DNA of 64,000 nucleotides from IMG/VR virus record IMGVR_UViG_3300020469_003050, positions 278,608 to 342,607 of that record. The stretch is one strand, 5' to 3'. Position 1 is the stretch's first letter. Each line of letters opens with the position of its first letter. The translations under genes and the position numbers were made by a program. Positions 46,676 through 56,122 of the stretch are shown in pieces. The notes beneath the pieces are model-generated. The model was not told the DNA's origin. It saw nothing but the letters and a program-made list of their open reading frames with translations, and did not search any database.

Positions 46676-49522
46676 ATGAAGTGTTATCCACATAATGATT
46701 ATTATAGATCCGATGAATTAGAAATTGTTCCAAAACTTCTAATTGCATCTAAGGCATCTAGTGAAGTCCTTCGGTCAGTAATGGCTGAGGCAGAAACCAT
46801 TCAATCTAAACTTACCGATGAACATTATTTGACTCATATAATGAAGTCATATGATATGAGTGCTCCTGAGGGCATGGCACTTATGACTCTTTGTGAATCT
46901 CTTTTACGTACACCAGACAAAGAAACACAAGACAAACTTATCAAAGATAAATTATCAAATGCAGAATGGTATAAATTATCTAATAATAGTTTTTATTCTA
47001 AAGCGGCCAGTATTGCATTAACTCAGGCACAAATGCTTTCAGCATATGAAGGTATAGTAGGAAGAATAGGCTGGCCAGCAGTAAGAGAAATGACAAAGAC
47101 TATGGTAAAACAAATGGGTACTTTATTTGTTATGGGTAGCAACATAGAAACTGCAATAAAAAATAAGAAAAAAGGTTATGCATATTCATTTGATATGCTA
47201 GGAGAGGCCGCAACAAATTGGGAAGATGCAAATTTATACTATGAAAGATATTTAGATGCGGCTATTAAGTCAAAAGAATCCATATCTATAAAACTTAGTG
47301 CAATACACCCTAGATACGAATTAAAGAACCACAAAGACGTTTTACACACACTAGTACCTAAATTAGCCGCTATAGCTAGAGTATGCGAAGAAAACAACAC
47401 TACAATGTTTATTGATGCAGAAGAGGCACGTAGGCTCGATATAAGCATTATGATACTTGAAGAAATGCTTAAAACATACAAATTTAAAGATTTTACTATA
47501 GGATTTGCTCTACAGGCTTATCAGAAACGTGCTTTTTGGGTTATTGATACGTTAGAGACAATAGCAGAGCATAGTAGCGCCAAACTCGTTATACGGCTTG
47601 TTAAAGGCGCATATTGGGACACTGAGATAAAGTATTCACAACAAGAAGGACTAGATTATCCAGTATTTACAAGAAAAGAGAATACAGACATATCTTATCT
47701 AGCATGTACTAAAAAACTGATGCATAGTGAAAGATTGAAAACTGCATATGCTACACATAATCCATATACAGTTTCAGCAATACAATGTGTTGGTAAATGT
47801 AGTAAGCAAGAATATGAATTTCAGAAACTTTACGGAATGGGTGATAGTTTATTCAGTCAGATAGTAGGAGATACGAAAGTCAGAGTATATGCACCAGTCG
47901 GTGAGTATAAAGATTTATTAGCATATCTAATAAGACGTTTATTAGAGAATGGTGCTAACACTAGTTTTGTTCATACAAATGAAGTTGTAGATCCTTTTAA
48001 AGAAGTTAAAAAGAAAAAGAAATCACTTAAGTCATGGAAAGATTTATATCCTGGAAGAAAGAATAGTAAAGGATATGATTTAACTGATCCAGCTATGGTT
48101 GATTATATGTTAGACTCTGCGGTTCACCCTCACCATGATGAAGAATTACTTTCAGTGGAAGATAGTATAGAACATTTATACAACTATCAAAATCAATGGG
48201 CAAATACAACATTTGAACATAGAAAGAAAATTCTACTAGCATGTGCAGATAGTTTAGAAGAAGAAATGATTCCTGCGGCAAACAGATTAGTAAAATATTC
48301 TTTTAAAACATATCCAAATGCAGTTGCAGAAATTAGAGAGTCAGTTGATTTTATTCGTTACTACGTAGAACAAGCTGAATTAATGTATGGAGAAAATATC
48401 AAAATAGGTTATACCGGTGAATATAATTCTACAGTTTTTAATCCTAGAGGAACTTGGATGGTAATAGCACCTTGGAATTTTCCTTATGCAATTTTCTTAG
48501 GACCAATCGTAGCCGCATTGATTACAGGAAATACCGTATTGGCAAAACCCGCACCACAGACCCTAGAAATTGCAAAAGTTGTATTGGGTGCAATGCATCA
48601 CGTTGGTGTACCAATAGATGCACTACGTATGTGTGACCCTGATATTGAAGAGGCTTCTAAAGCAATCAAAGATGAACGTATATCAGGTATAACGTTCACA
48701 GGCTCTCATAAGAGTGCTAAGACTATACAGAGGCTTATTGCTGAACGTGATGGGCCTATTATACCTTTCATTGCAGAAACAGGTGGTATAAATTCTATGA
48801 TTGCAGATTCTACTTGTTTACCTGAACAGTTAGTCGAAGATGTATCATATGGTGCATTCGATAGTGCAGGACAAAGATGTTCAGCAACTAGATTTTTATT
48901 TCTTCAAAAAGAAAATAGTGAAGAAATTATTAATATGTTAAAACATAAAATTAAAGTAATATCACTTGGTAATGCAGATGATTTAAATACAGACGTATCA
49001 CGTGTTATTGATGGTGTGGCATATGCAAAGATACAAGAAAGAATTGCAGTACTTGAAGAAAACGAAACATTAATTGCAACGAAATCTCGTAATGGAAAAG
49101 AGTTACCAAAATTAATTATCCCACCAAGTGCTTATCTTGTAACAGACTACAAAAAGTATTTTGATGAAGAAATATTTGGCCCATTGTTGCATGTTTATGT
49201 TTATGAAAAAGATGAATTAGATGAAATAGTATCTTTTATAAATGAAAGTAAATTTGGACTAACATTAAGTATACATTCACGTGTAACTAAGTTCTATGAT
49301 AACATAGCTAAGAAAATGAAGATAGGTAACATTTATATAAACAGAGACCAAATAGGTGCAGTTGTAGAGACTCAACCATTCGGTGGATACGGTTTAAGTG
49401 GTACTGGACCTAAAGCAGGTGGTCCTAATTATCTAACTCCTTATGTGTGGGAGAAACACATAAGCATCAACACTTCTGCTATCGGCGGAGACACTTTGTT
49501 ATTGACTTCTGAACCTCGATAG
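46676..49522 (+). CDS. putA: Bifunctional proline dehydrogenase / P5C dehydrogenase
   Basis: SFDMLGEAA, SIKLS, RLVKGAYWD, ATHN, RRLLENGAN, PWNFP, ETGG, FDSAGQRCSA, PFGG.GLSGTGPKAGG. Confidence 0.96.
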   Translation: MKCYPHNDYYRSDELEIVPKLLIASKASSEVLRSVMAEAETIQSKLTDEHYLTHIMKSYDMSAPEGMALMTLCESLLRTPDKETQDKLIKDKLSNAEWYKLSNNSFYSKAASIALTQAQMLSAYEGIVGRIGWPAVREMTKTMVKQMGTLFVMGSNIETAIKNKKKGYAYSFDMLGEAATNWEDANLYYERYLDAAIKSKESISIKLSAIHPRYELKNHKDVLHTLVPKLAAIARVCEENNTTMFIDAEEARRLDISIMILEEMLKTYKFKDFTIGFALQAYQKRAFWVIDTLETIAEHSSAKLVIRLVKGAYWDTEIKYSQQEGLDYPVFTRKENTDISYLACTKKLMHSERLKTAYATHNPYTVSAIQCVGKCSKQEYEFQKLYGMGDSLFSQIVGDTKVRVYAPVGEYKDLLAYLIRRLLENGANTSFVHTNEVVDPFKEVKKKKKSLKSWKDLYPGRKNSKGYDLTDPAMVDYMLDSAVHPHHDEELLSVEDSIEHLYNYQNQWANTTFEHRKKILLACADSLEEEMIPAANRLVKYSFKTYPNAVAEIRESVDFIRYYVEQAELMYGENIKIGYTGEYNSTVFNPRGTWMVIAPWNFPYAIFLGPIVAALITGNTVLAKPAPQTLEIAKVVLGAMHHVGVPIDALRMCDPDIEEASKAIKDERISGITFTGSHKSAKTIQRLIAERDGPIIPFIAETGGINSMIADSTCLPEQLVEDVSYGAFDSAGQRCSATRFLFLQKENSEEIINMLKHKIKVISLGNADDLNTDVSRVIDGVAYAKIQERIAVLEENETLIATKSRNGKELPKLIIPPSAYLVTDYKKYFDEEIFGPLLHVYVYEKDELDEIVSFINESKFGLTLSIHSRVTKFYDNIAKKMKIGNIYINRDQIGAVVETQPFGGYGLSGTGPKAGGPNYLTPYVWEKHISINTSAIGGDTLLLTSEPR

Positions 49523-49562
49523 TATATAATAATACTACTAGTACTAGAAGAAGGAATAACAA

Positions 49563-50084
49563 ATGAGCGATAAATTACACATATCTTGGGATAGATATGA
49601 AGAAGAAATCGAAAAATTAGCTATAATGGTTCACGAAGATGGATACAAATTCAATCAAGTAGTTTGTATTGCAAAAGGTGGATTAAGAGTAGGAGATATT
49701 TTTGCTAGATTATTTGATGTACCATTAGCAATAATGTCAGTAGAATCATATCATGGTGATGAAGTAAAGGATCAAAGAGGACAAATTATCTTTGGAAATT
49801 CTCTTGCTAAAACAACTCCTAACATAGGTAGCAAAATTTTATTAGTAGATGATTTAGCAGATTCTGGAACAACATTTGAGAAGTGTGTAGAATGGTTACA
49901 ATTCACAGAAGGTTTTTTCATTGAAGATATTAAAACTGCGACAATGTGGTTAAAAGGAAGTTCATCATATACACCAGACTATTTCGTAGAATATTTGGAA
50001 GACAACCCATGGATTGTTCAGCCAATGGAAAAATACGAAGAAATAAATATAGAACAACTTATAAAGAACAGGGAACAACAATGA
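49563..50084 (+). CDS. Xanthine/guanine-type phosphoribosyltransferase
   Basis: ISW, CIAKGGL, LLVDDLADSGTT, PDY, WIVQP. Confidence 0.8.
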   Translation: MSDKLHISWDRYEEEIEKLAIMVHEDGYKFNQVVCIAKGGLRVGDIFARLFDVPLAIMSVESYHGDEVKDQRGQIIFGNSLAKTTPNIGSKILLVDDLADSGTTFEKCVEWLQFTEGFFIEDIKTATMWLKGSSSYTPDYFVEYLEDNPWIVQPMEKYEEINIEQLIKNREQQ

Positions 50085-50494
50085 GTAAACAGGTAGACTT
50101 AAATAAATACAAAGAGTTTGTACAAGAGGTTACATCAAAGCAGTCAGGCAATACAGACGAACTAACTGCGACTCTTAAAAAACTTGATGAAGAAACAGGC
50201 GTCAATATGGCGTTGCTTATGACAGGTGCAATCGGCATTGCATCAGAGGGAGGCGAGTTCAGTGAGATTGTTAAGAAATGTGTATTTCAAGGTAAACCAC
50301 TTGATAATGAAACTATCTTTCATTGTAAACGAGAACTTGGTGATATTATGTGGTATTGGGTTAATTCTTGCCGTGCATTGGGTTTGGATCCTAATGACGT
50401 AATGGCAGAGAATGTTGAAAAACTAAAAGCAAGATATCCAGGCGGAGAGTTTGATGTTTACTATTCAGAAAATAGAAAAGAAGGAGATTTATAA
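50081..50494 (+). CDS. MazG-like NTP pyrophosphohydrolase
   Basis: EGGEFSEIVKK, RELGDIMWY, NVEKLKARYP. Confidence 0.9.
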   Translation: MSKQVDLNKYKEFVQEVTSKQSGNTDELTATLKKLDEETGVNMALLMTGAIGIASEGGEFSEIVKKCVFQGKPLDNETIFHCKRELGDIMWYWVNSCRALGLDPNDVMAENVEKLKARYPGGEFDVYYSENRKEGDL

Positions 50495-50594
50495 TGGACT
50501 TTTTATTATGGCATGGAATCGCAATGATTTCTGTAATAGCAGTAAGTTTCAGTGCAGGTTACTATACCGCGGTTAAACGCAAAAAAGGCGAGAT

Positions 50595-51080
50595 TTGATT
50601 GAAGATATTAAGAAGTGGATTGAGGATTTTGTGTCAGTACACAACGAACCTATTGGGCATGTGCCATGTCCTTTTGCGAAACAGGCAATGCTCAAAGAGA
50701 GAATCAACTATGTATCAGGAGGAAAGCATACTATATCACCTCTGCTTGATTCTCTCGCTGAGAACTGGGACGACAAATATGAAGTTGTAGTTCTCTACTG
50801 TCCTACGGAAGATTACACGCCAGAAGAACTTTCAAAAATTGTAAAAGATTTCAATGATGTTGCTATGAGTAAAGATATAGTAGCACTTGAGGATCATCCT
50901 AATGACCCTGAAATACTTAGTGGCGAAAAAATGAACTACGGTAAAGCTATATTAGTCTTAGTTCAGAGACTATCAAAATTAAATCAAGCAAGTAAAATAC
51001 TAAAGAAACAAGGGTATTATGATAAATGGCCTGATGAAAATTACGATGATGTTGTGAAATGGAGATTTGATAAGGAATAA
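50595..51080 (+). CDS. CPF-motif protein (DUF1415-like)
   Basis: WIEDFV...PCPFA, LEDHP. Confidence 0.55.
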   Translation: MIEDIKKWIEDFVSVHNEPIGHVPCPFAKQAMLKERINYVSGGKHTISPLLDSLAENWDDKYEVVVLYCPTEDYTPEELSKIVKDFNDVAMSKDIVALEDHPNDPEILSGEKMNYGKAILVLVQRLSKLNQASKILKKQGYYDKWPDENYDDVVKWRFDKE

Positions 51081-51105
51081 ATAGATGTAACTTAGGAGTT
51101 ACAAT

Positions 51106-51531
51106 ATGACAACTTATGCCCGAATAGACCTAGCACAAACTAATTATTCTGTTATACCAAATTGTAGATTTTTGAAAGAACCAAACATACCTGAACTTAA
51201 TGAAATCTATAAAACATATTGTAGACATAAAGGTTTTAAAAGTGTAATGCCAATGTTCGATAATGATTATTTGCAAAATGATATTATTGGATATTATGAT
51301 GAAGAAGATAAACTTGTTGCATTCAGTTGTATTATGATACAAGACCATGAAAGTGTTGAAGCATTGCAGTTTGCTTGGGATTACAAAACTCCTAAATTAC
51401 ATTTAGGTATAAAAAGTTTAAGAAATGAATGTGCAATATATAAAAGTAAAGGTTACAAATATTTGTATTTAGGCGAAGCACATAGTTATAAGAAACAGAT
51501 AAAAGGATTTGAGATACTAGGACCCATTTAA
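51106..51531 (+). CDS. Stand-alone ATE_C-like (aminoacyl-tRNA:protein transferase, GNAT fold)
   Basis: YKTYCRHK, KLVAFS, FAWDY...LG..SL..E, GYKYLYLG...YK..IKGFEIL follow the ATE/Bpt C-terminal domain pattern. Confidence 0.6.
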   Translation: MTTYARIDLAQTNYSVIPNCRFLKEPNIPELNEIYKTYCRHKGFKSVMPMFDNDYLQNDIIGYYDEEDKLVAFSCIMIQDHESVEALQFAWDYKTPKLHLGIKSLRNECAIYKSKGYKYLYLGEAHSYKKQIKGFEILGPI

Positions 51532-51878
51532 TGGACATATATACAATCTACGCAGACCATAGTGAGGAAGTAAATTCTTATCATTTTGCTAAAAAGATGA
51601 AATTGTTTTTAGATAAAATGGTAGAGTTAGGACATATGGAAAGTTATAGACTTACAAGAATGAAATTAGGATTTCGTTCTATGGACTTACCTGAATTTCG
51701 TATCGATATGGAATTCAAAAACATGCAACAACTAGACGATGCAATGACAGGAGTGTTACGTAATGAAGAAAACATTGAGGGAGAACATGTTGGATTTAAT
51801 CATATGGTAGACGTAACAACAATACAACATTTTTTATATAGAGATTTCCCAGATGAATTACCGAATAAACAAGATTAA
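51531..51878 (+). CDS. Dimeric alpha-beta barrel-like protein (DUF6614-like)
   Basis: YRLTRMKLGF, EF.I.MEF..M.QLD.A, LYRDFPD. Confidence 0.5.
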   Translation: MDIYTIYADHSEEVNSYHFAKKMKLFLDKMVELGHMESYRLTRMKLGFRSMDLPEFRIDMEFKNMQQLDDAMTGVLRNEENIEGEHVGFNHMVDVTTIQHFLYRDFPDELPNKQD

Positions 51879-53091
51879 TTCTTATAACGGTTGGGACCCA
51901 TTGAAACAAGTTATTCTTGGCAATGTGTTTGAACCTGAGTTCTTTGAAGACTTGCCAGATACTAGAACAAGAGACTTGATACAACAACTTCTTTACGAAA
52001 CACACGAAGATTTAGATAACATACAAAAGACTATGGAAGACATGGGAGTTGATGTTGTTAGAACACCTGCTAATGCAACTATGTTAGCAGACTTATCAGA
52101 CGGGTTACCTCAAATATCTAAACATACATCAGTAATGGATTGGGTAGAAAAATCAAATACAGACAAGTTTCAAGGTCATGGTATTCCAAAACCTTGTTTA
52201 TCTCCTAGAGATTTCTTTATTTCGATGGGAGATAAAGTTTTATACACTAATGGATTTCATCAATCTAAAGGTCTACAGGTAAATGGACAATCTTTAATAA
52301 ATCCAGAAGTTTTAGATATGAGATTAAAAGGCGATGAGTATACATTTGGTAGATTTATTCCTTCTAAATCATACATGGAAGACAATGGACTTCCAGTAGA
52401 TTGGCTTAGTTGGAATGCACATGAACGTAAAAAAATGGAAAGTGTAAGAGGTAATCAAGTAGCAAGATATAAAGCATCTACTCAAATGTTTTGGGCACCA
52501 ACTATAACACGTATTGGTGATACATTAATTATAGATAAAAAAGATGTTATAAATTTACCAGAAGTAATAAGTGAATTATATCCAAATTATAAAACTCCTC
52601 ATGTCGCTATTGGAGGACATAATGATGCTACATTCTGCACCCCTAAACCTGGTCTAGTAGTATGTGCTCCATGGCTTAAACCAGAGCATTTTAAAGAAAC
52701 ATTTCCAGGCTGGGATATATTAAGAATAGAACATCCTAATCAAATGCAATCAGATTGGGGTGACTGGCAAAACGAAAAACACTTATCACAAGGTAGATGG
52801 TGGCATCCTAAACAAAAAGATAATAAAGCATTTGCAAGATTTGTAGATGCATGGTTAAGTAAATGGGTTGGTTATGTAGAAGAAACAGTATTTGAAGTTA
52901 ACATGCTAAGTGTTTCACCTGATGTTATTTTATCTTTAAATTATCAAAAGGAAGTGCATGACAAATTGAAGCAACATGGAATAGAACCTGTCTATTGTCG
53001 TTTTAGACACAGAAATTTTTGGGATGCAGGGTTACATTGTTTGACAGTTGATACAGTCAGAGACGGTGGAATGCAGAATTATTTTGAATAA
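51853..53091 (+). CDS. Amidinotransferase (pentein superfamily)
   Basis: NSYNGWDPLKQVILG, PRD, HND, FEVNML, GLHCLT.D..R. Confidence 0.85.
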   Translation: MNYRINKINSYNGWDPLKQVILGNVFEPEFFEDLPDTRTRDLIQQLLYETHEDLDNIQKTMEDMGVDVVRTPANATMLADLSDGLPQISKHTSVMDWVEKSNTDKFQGHGIPKPCLSPRDFFISMGDKVLYTNGFHQSKGLQVNGQSLINPEVLDMRLKGDEYTFGRFIPSKSYMEDNGLPVDWLSWNAHERKKMESVRGNQVARYKASTQMFWAPTITRIGDTLIIDKKDVINLPEVISELYPNYKTPHVAIGGHNDATFCTPKPGLVVCAPWLKPEHFKETFPGWDILRIEHPNQMQSDWGDWQNEKHLSQGRWWHPKQKDNKAFARFVDAWLSKWVGYVEETVFEVNMLSVSPDVILSLNYQKEVHDKLKQHGIEPVYCRFRHRNFWDAGLHCLTVDTVRDGGMQNYFE

Positions 53092-53115
53092 ATATAAGTA
53101 TAGAAAGTAAATATT

Positions 53116-53409
53116 ATGTATACAGATTATAAAAGTCTTACCGAAGAGGACCTAGATAAGAAGATAACTGATTTGCAATCTAAAATGGAAATCGCTTATC
53201 GCTTGGGACAGGAACACGTTATGGAACAGTTACAACATCATTTGGATGAGTTGAAACTAGAATATTCAGAACGTTTTGAGAAAATGAAGTTTGATTTGAT
53301 AAATCAGAAAACCCCAAATTCTATGGTCATAGGAGAAGACGATGAACCAACAGACGGAGACGATAATACGTCCGAAAAAACCACAAAGGATAATAAACGT
53401 ATATCATAG
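53116..53409 (+). CDS. Hypothetical coiled-coil protein
   Basis: ORF track. Confidence 0.6.
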   Translation: MYTDYKSLTEEDLDKKITDLQSKMEIAYRLGQEHVMEQLQHHLDELKLEYSERFEKMKFDLINQKTPNSMVIGEDDEPTDGDDNTSEKTTKDNKRIS

Positions 53410-53731
53410 CTTGACATGTGACTGCGATGATGTTACTATTACTAAGTTTATAGATTATATGGATACAGAGTGGTCTAATCAGTGGCACCCATTGTTTAAT
53501 ATTAAAACTATGAAATTTGACATTGGGCATGACATATTGCATTTTGAAACATTTAGTGCTAAACTAGATTTAATTAAGTATATTTTAAAACTAAGTCAGT
53601 TGTTTCCTAAGATGTTTTTTATGTATGATTTCTATACAATCAATGAAGCAGACCATAAACAAGGAACGTATTTTGTTATGGACGGAAAGATTACTGACCA
53701 AAATATGATAGCAAATAAAACAGAGGTATAA
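53342..53731 (+). CDS. Hypothetical protein
   Basis: ORF track. Confidence 0.5.
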   Translation: MNQQTETIIRPKKPQRIINVYHSLTCDCDDVTITKFIDYMDTEWSNQWHPLFNIKTMKFDIGHDILHFETFSAKLDLIKYILKLSQLFPKMFFMYDFYTINEADHKQGTYFVMDGKITDQNMIANKTEV

Positions 53732-53732
53732 A

Positions 53733-54395
53733 TTGACAGACGATTACATAAACAGTTACACAACATATGAAGCAAAATTCAGTGTAACTATGCTACAAGC
53801 AGACCCTTTTATTCTAAGTGATACATTTGATATAAAAATAGATTTCGCTTGGAATTCAGCAGATTTGGCTAAAGGAAACGCGGCTTTTCTAAAAATGAAA
53901 TATTTTGTAGAAGATGTACTACACCAGTCGATATTTACACACAAAGCGGCTACTATTGATATGATGCATTTAAAGAATAAAGTAGTTGTATTTCCTTTTG
54001 TTCCTACAAGTGATATTATTGCAATGACAATACATGCAAAACTAAATGCCATTTGTGCAGATTTTATTGAGGTTGTTTCAGTAACTATTGGAAGTAATTA
54101 CACCAATCCCAAGATGTCTTATACATATTCGGATACACATTATCCAGCATTACCAACATTAAAAGAATGGATTGGGCAAGAAAAGTACTACTATGATTCA
54201 CCATGGTGGGGTCGAAATACCGTAGAAACACAAGATTATTCAGTAAATGAAAATACGGACTTGACATCTCCTCCAGAATTTGATACTATATTAGATAATA
54301 TTGATAAATTGACAATGGGTGAATTAACATTGAAACCAGAAGGCGGAGAAGTTGTAGACATTAATGGCTGGAAACCTAAAATCATCAAAGATTGA
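53733..54395 (+). CDS. Hypothetical protein (possible degenerate QueD/T-fold)
   Basis: FLKMKYFVEDVLH and PTSDIIA echo QueD DF..LK...LDH and PTAE.IA. Confidence 0.4.
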   Translation: MTDDYINSYTTYEAKFSVTMLQADPFILSDTFDIKIDFAWNSADLAKGNAAFLKMKYFVEDVLHQSIFTHKAATIDMMHLKNKVVVFPFVPTSDIIAMTIHAKLNAICADFIEVVSVTIGSNYTNPKMSYTYSDTHYPALPTLKEWIGQEKYYYDSPWWGRNTVETQDYSVNENTDLTSPPEFDTILDNIDKLTMGELTLKPEGGEVVDINGWKPKIIKD

Positions 54396-54918
54396 CGGTC
54401 TTAAAGACCAGTATGGAAGAATCGTATATAATCGACAAGATTTATACGAAATGCTTTATAATGGCGAAGACATATCTAAAGTCACTGAAATGGAGTGGCA
54501 TGATGATATTGAAAAGTACAATAAAGCATTATCATTAAATAATGTTGAAAAAGACTTGATTGAACCCATACAGAAATTATCTAAGGAAATAACTGAATTT
54601 GATGATGAAAATCAGAAAGAATGGTTTATACCAGATGAATATAAAAACTTAGACATTTGGAAGTATGTATTAGATAAATGTCCTGATGATTTGCCCGAAA
54701 TGAACAGAACATGCAATGAGTTATATTTATATGATAAATACGGTATAATAGACGTACTTAAAGTGTGTGTCTATATTGTTGATACTCTACGTAAACATAA
54801 TATTATATGGGGTGTTGGCAGAGGCAGTAGTGTTTCAAGTTATGTGTTATACTTATTGGGTATACACAAAGTTGATAGCATTAAGTATGAATTGGATATA
54901 AATGAGTTTTTAAAATGA
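54364..54918 (+). CDS. DNA polymerase III alpha (DnaE)-like stand-alone fragment
   Basis: WGVGRGSSVSSYVLYLLGIHKVD...Y.L..EFL. Confidence 0.75.
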   Translation: MAGNLKSSKIDGLKDQYGRIVYNRQDLYEMLYNGEDISKVTEMEWHDDIEKYNKALSLNNVEKDLIEPIQKLSKEITEFDDENQKEWFIPDEYKNLDIWKYVLDKCPDDLPEMNRTCNELYLYDKYGIIDVLKVCVYIVDTLRKHNIIWGVGRGSSVSSYVLYLLGIHKVDSIKYELDINEFLK

Positions 54919-55139
54919 CAAATGATACTATAGTTAAATTTCCAAACAGTAAACGTTGTTTAACGTCTGATGAGGAACGTCTAGTAAAAAGTACAACGAA
55001 CATTATACATAATTCATATCAACATACTAATCCTTTCGTTAAATCAAACGATAGGACAAATTTTGTTGAACTGCAAATTAAAACTTTACTAAGAAAAGTT
55101 TTTGAAATTAACGAAGATACAAACGAGGATATACGATGA
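54915..55139 (+). CDS. Hypothetical protein
   Basis: ORF track. Confidence 0.5.
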   Translation: MTNDTIVKFPNSKRCLTSDEERLVKSTTNIIHNSYQHTNPFVKSNDRTNFVELQIKTLLRKVFEINEDTNEDIR

Positions 55140-55579
55140 AACAATATAAAAGTATGCGTGGCGTAAGTATAGACCTTGCTAAACTGATGGCAAAATCTGA
55201 AAAGAATATTTCTGTAGGAAATACTCAGACAAATGCCAGAGGAGACCAATTAGGTCGTGGAGGCAGAGTTGTAAAAAGTGCTGATGCAATAGCACGTGAA
55301 CACTATAACGTAAACAATCCACGTGCAGTAGTTAAGTCTTCTATAAAAGTTGATAATGATGTTGATGCATCAGGCAAGGAAGAGGCTGTAAAGAAAGAGC
55401 CTGTCAAACAAACAGAGGATGATTGGGTAGAACCAACTCCTACAAAAGAAGAACCCAAAGAAGAAGTTAAAGAAACTGAACCTGTAACTCAGGAAGCAGA
55501 AGACGATGATTGGGTTGAAGACGAAAACGGAGACTTTGTAAGAAAGTCTGAAACTAAAAAAACTAAAAAAAAGAAATAG
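55136..55579 (+). CDS. Hypothetical phage protein
   Basis: YKSMRG..ID, VGN..TNARGD.LG.GG; acidic tail. Confidence 0.65.
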   Translation: MKQYKSMRGVSIDLAKLMAKSEKNISVGNTQTNARGDQLGRGGRVVKSADAIAREHYNVNNPRAVVKSSIKVDNDVDASGKEEAVKKEPVKQTEDDWVEPTPTKEEPKEEVKETEPVTQEAEDDDWVEDENGDFVRKSETKKTKKKK

Positions 55580-55597
55580 CTTAAGGGGGCTAAAATT

Positions 55598-55795
55598 ATG
55601 AGAACAATGTTGGCGATTTTTGCATTGGCAATATTAACAGGATGTAGCGGAAACGTTACTCCACCAGAAGTAAAATTGGGTAAAAAGTGTATGACAAATA
55701 ATGACGGTACAGTAGTTTACTCATATGTTTGGATCCATAAAAAAGGAACTGAACTAGAAGCAGACAACGAAACTTGTAAATTGATAGAGGATTAA
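55598..55795 (+). CDS. Small lipoprotein
   Basis: Lipobox LTGC. Confidence 0.65.
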   Translation: MRTMLAIFALAILTGCSGNVTPPEVKLGKKCMTNNDGTVVYSYVWIHKKGTELEADNETCKLIED

Positions 55796-55796
55796 A

Positions 55797-56120
55797 ATGG
55801 CACAACTAAGACCGTTGGGAGACCGAATTCTATTAAAGAATTTGGATAAAGGGGAAAAGACAACAAAGGGTGGAATCATCGTTCCAGATGATTCACAAAT
55901 GTCCGCAGGTGAACGTGGCATCAGACCACGTTGGGCTCAAATCTATGCAGTAGGACCTAGACAAGAATCTGTACAAGCAGGTCAATGGGTTCTTATGGAA
56001 CATGCAAGATGGACAGAAGCACATAAAGTAGAAATCGATGGTGTAGAAACTGAGATTTGGATGGGTGATCCAGAAGGTATGTTAGGAACAAGTGAGACAA
56101 AGCCAGACGATGTAGCTTAG
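55797..56120 (+). CDS. groES: Co-chaperonin GroES-like
   Basis: LRPLGDRILL, TKGGIIVP, AVGP, G.WVL. Confidence 0.85.
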   Translation: MAQLRPLGDRILLKNLDKGEKTTKGGIIVPDDSQMSAGERGIRPRWAQIYAVGPRQESVQAGQWVLMEHARWTEAHKVEIDGVETEIWMGDPEGMLGTSETKPDDVA

Positions 56121-56122
56121 AC

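Noticed and set aside
49946-50080. N-terminal extension of MazG or a programmed frameshift fusion with the PRT
   Set aside because: ATG at 50081 overlaps the PRT stop (ATGA) with an RBS; no slippery site evident
54364-54918. Split-intein DnaE
   Set aside because: No N-intein block (CL...) after the DnaE segment
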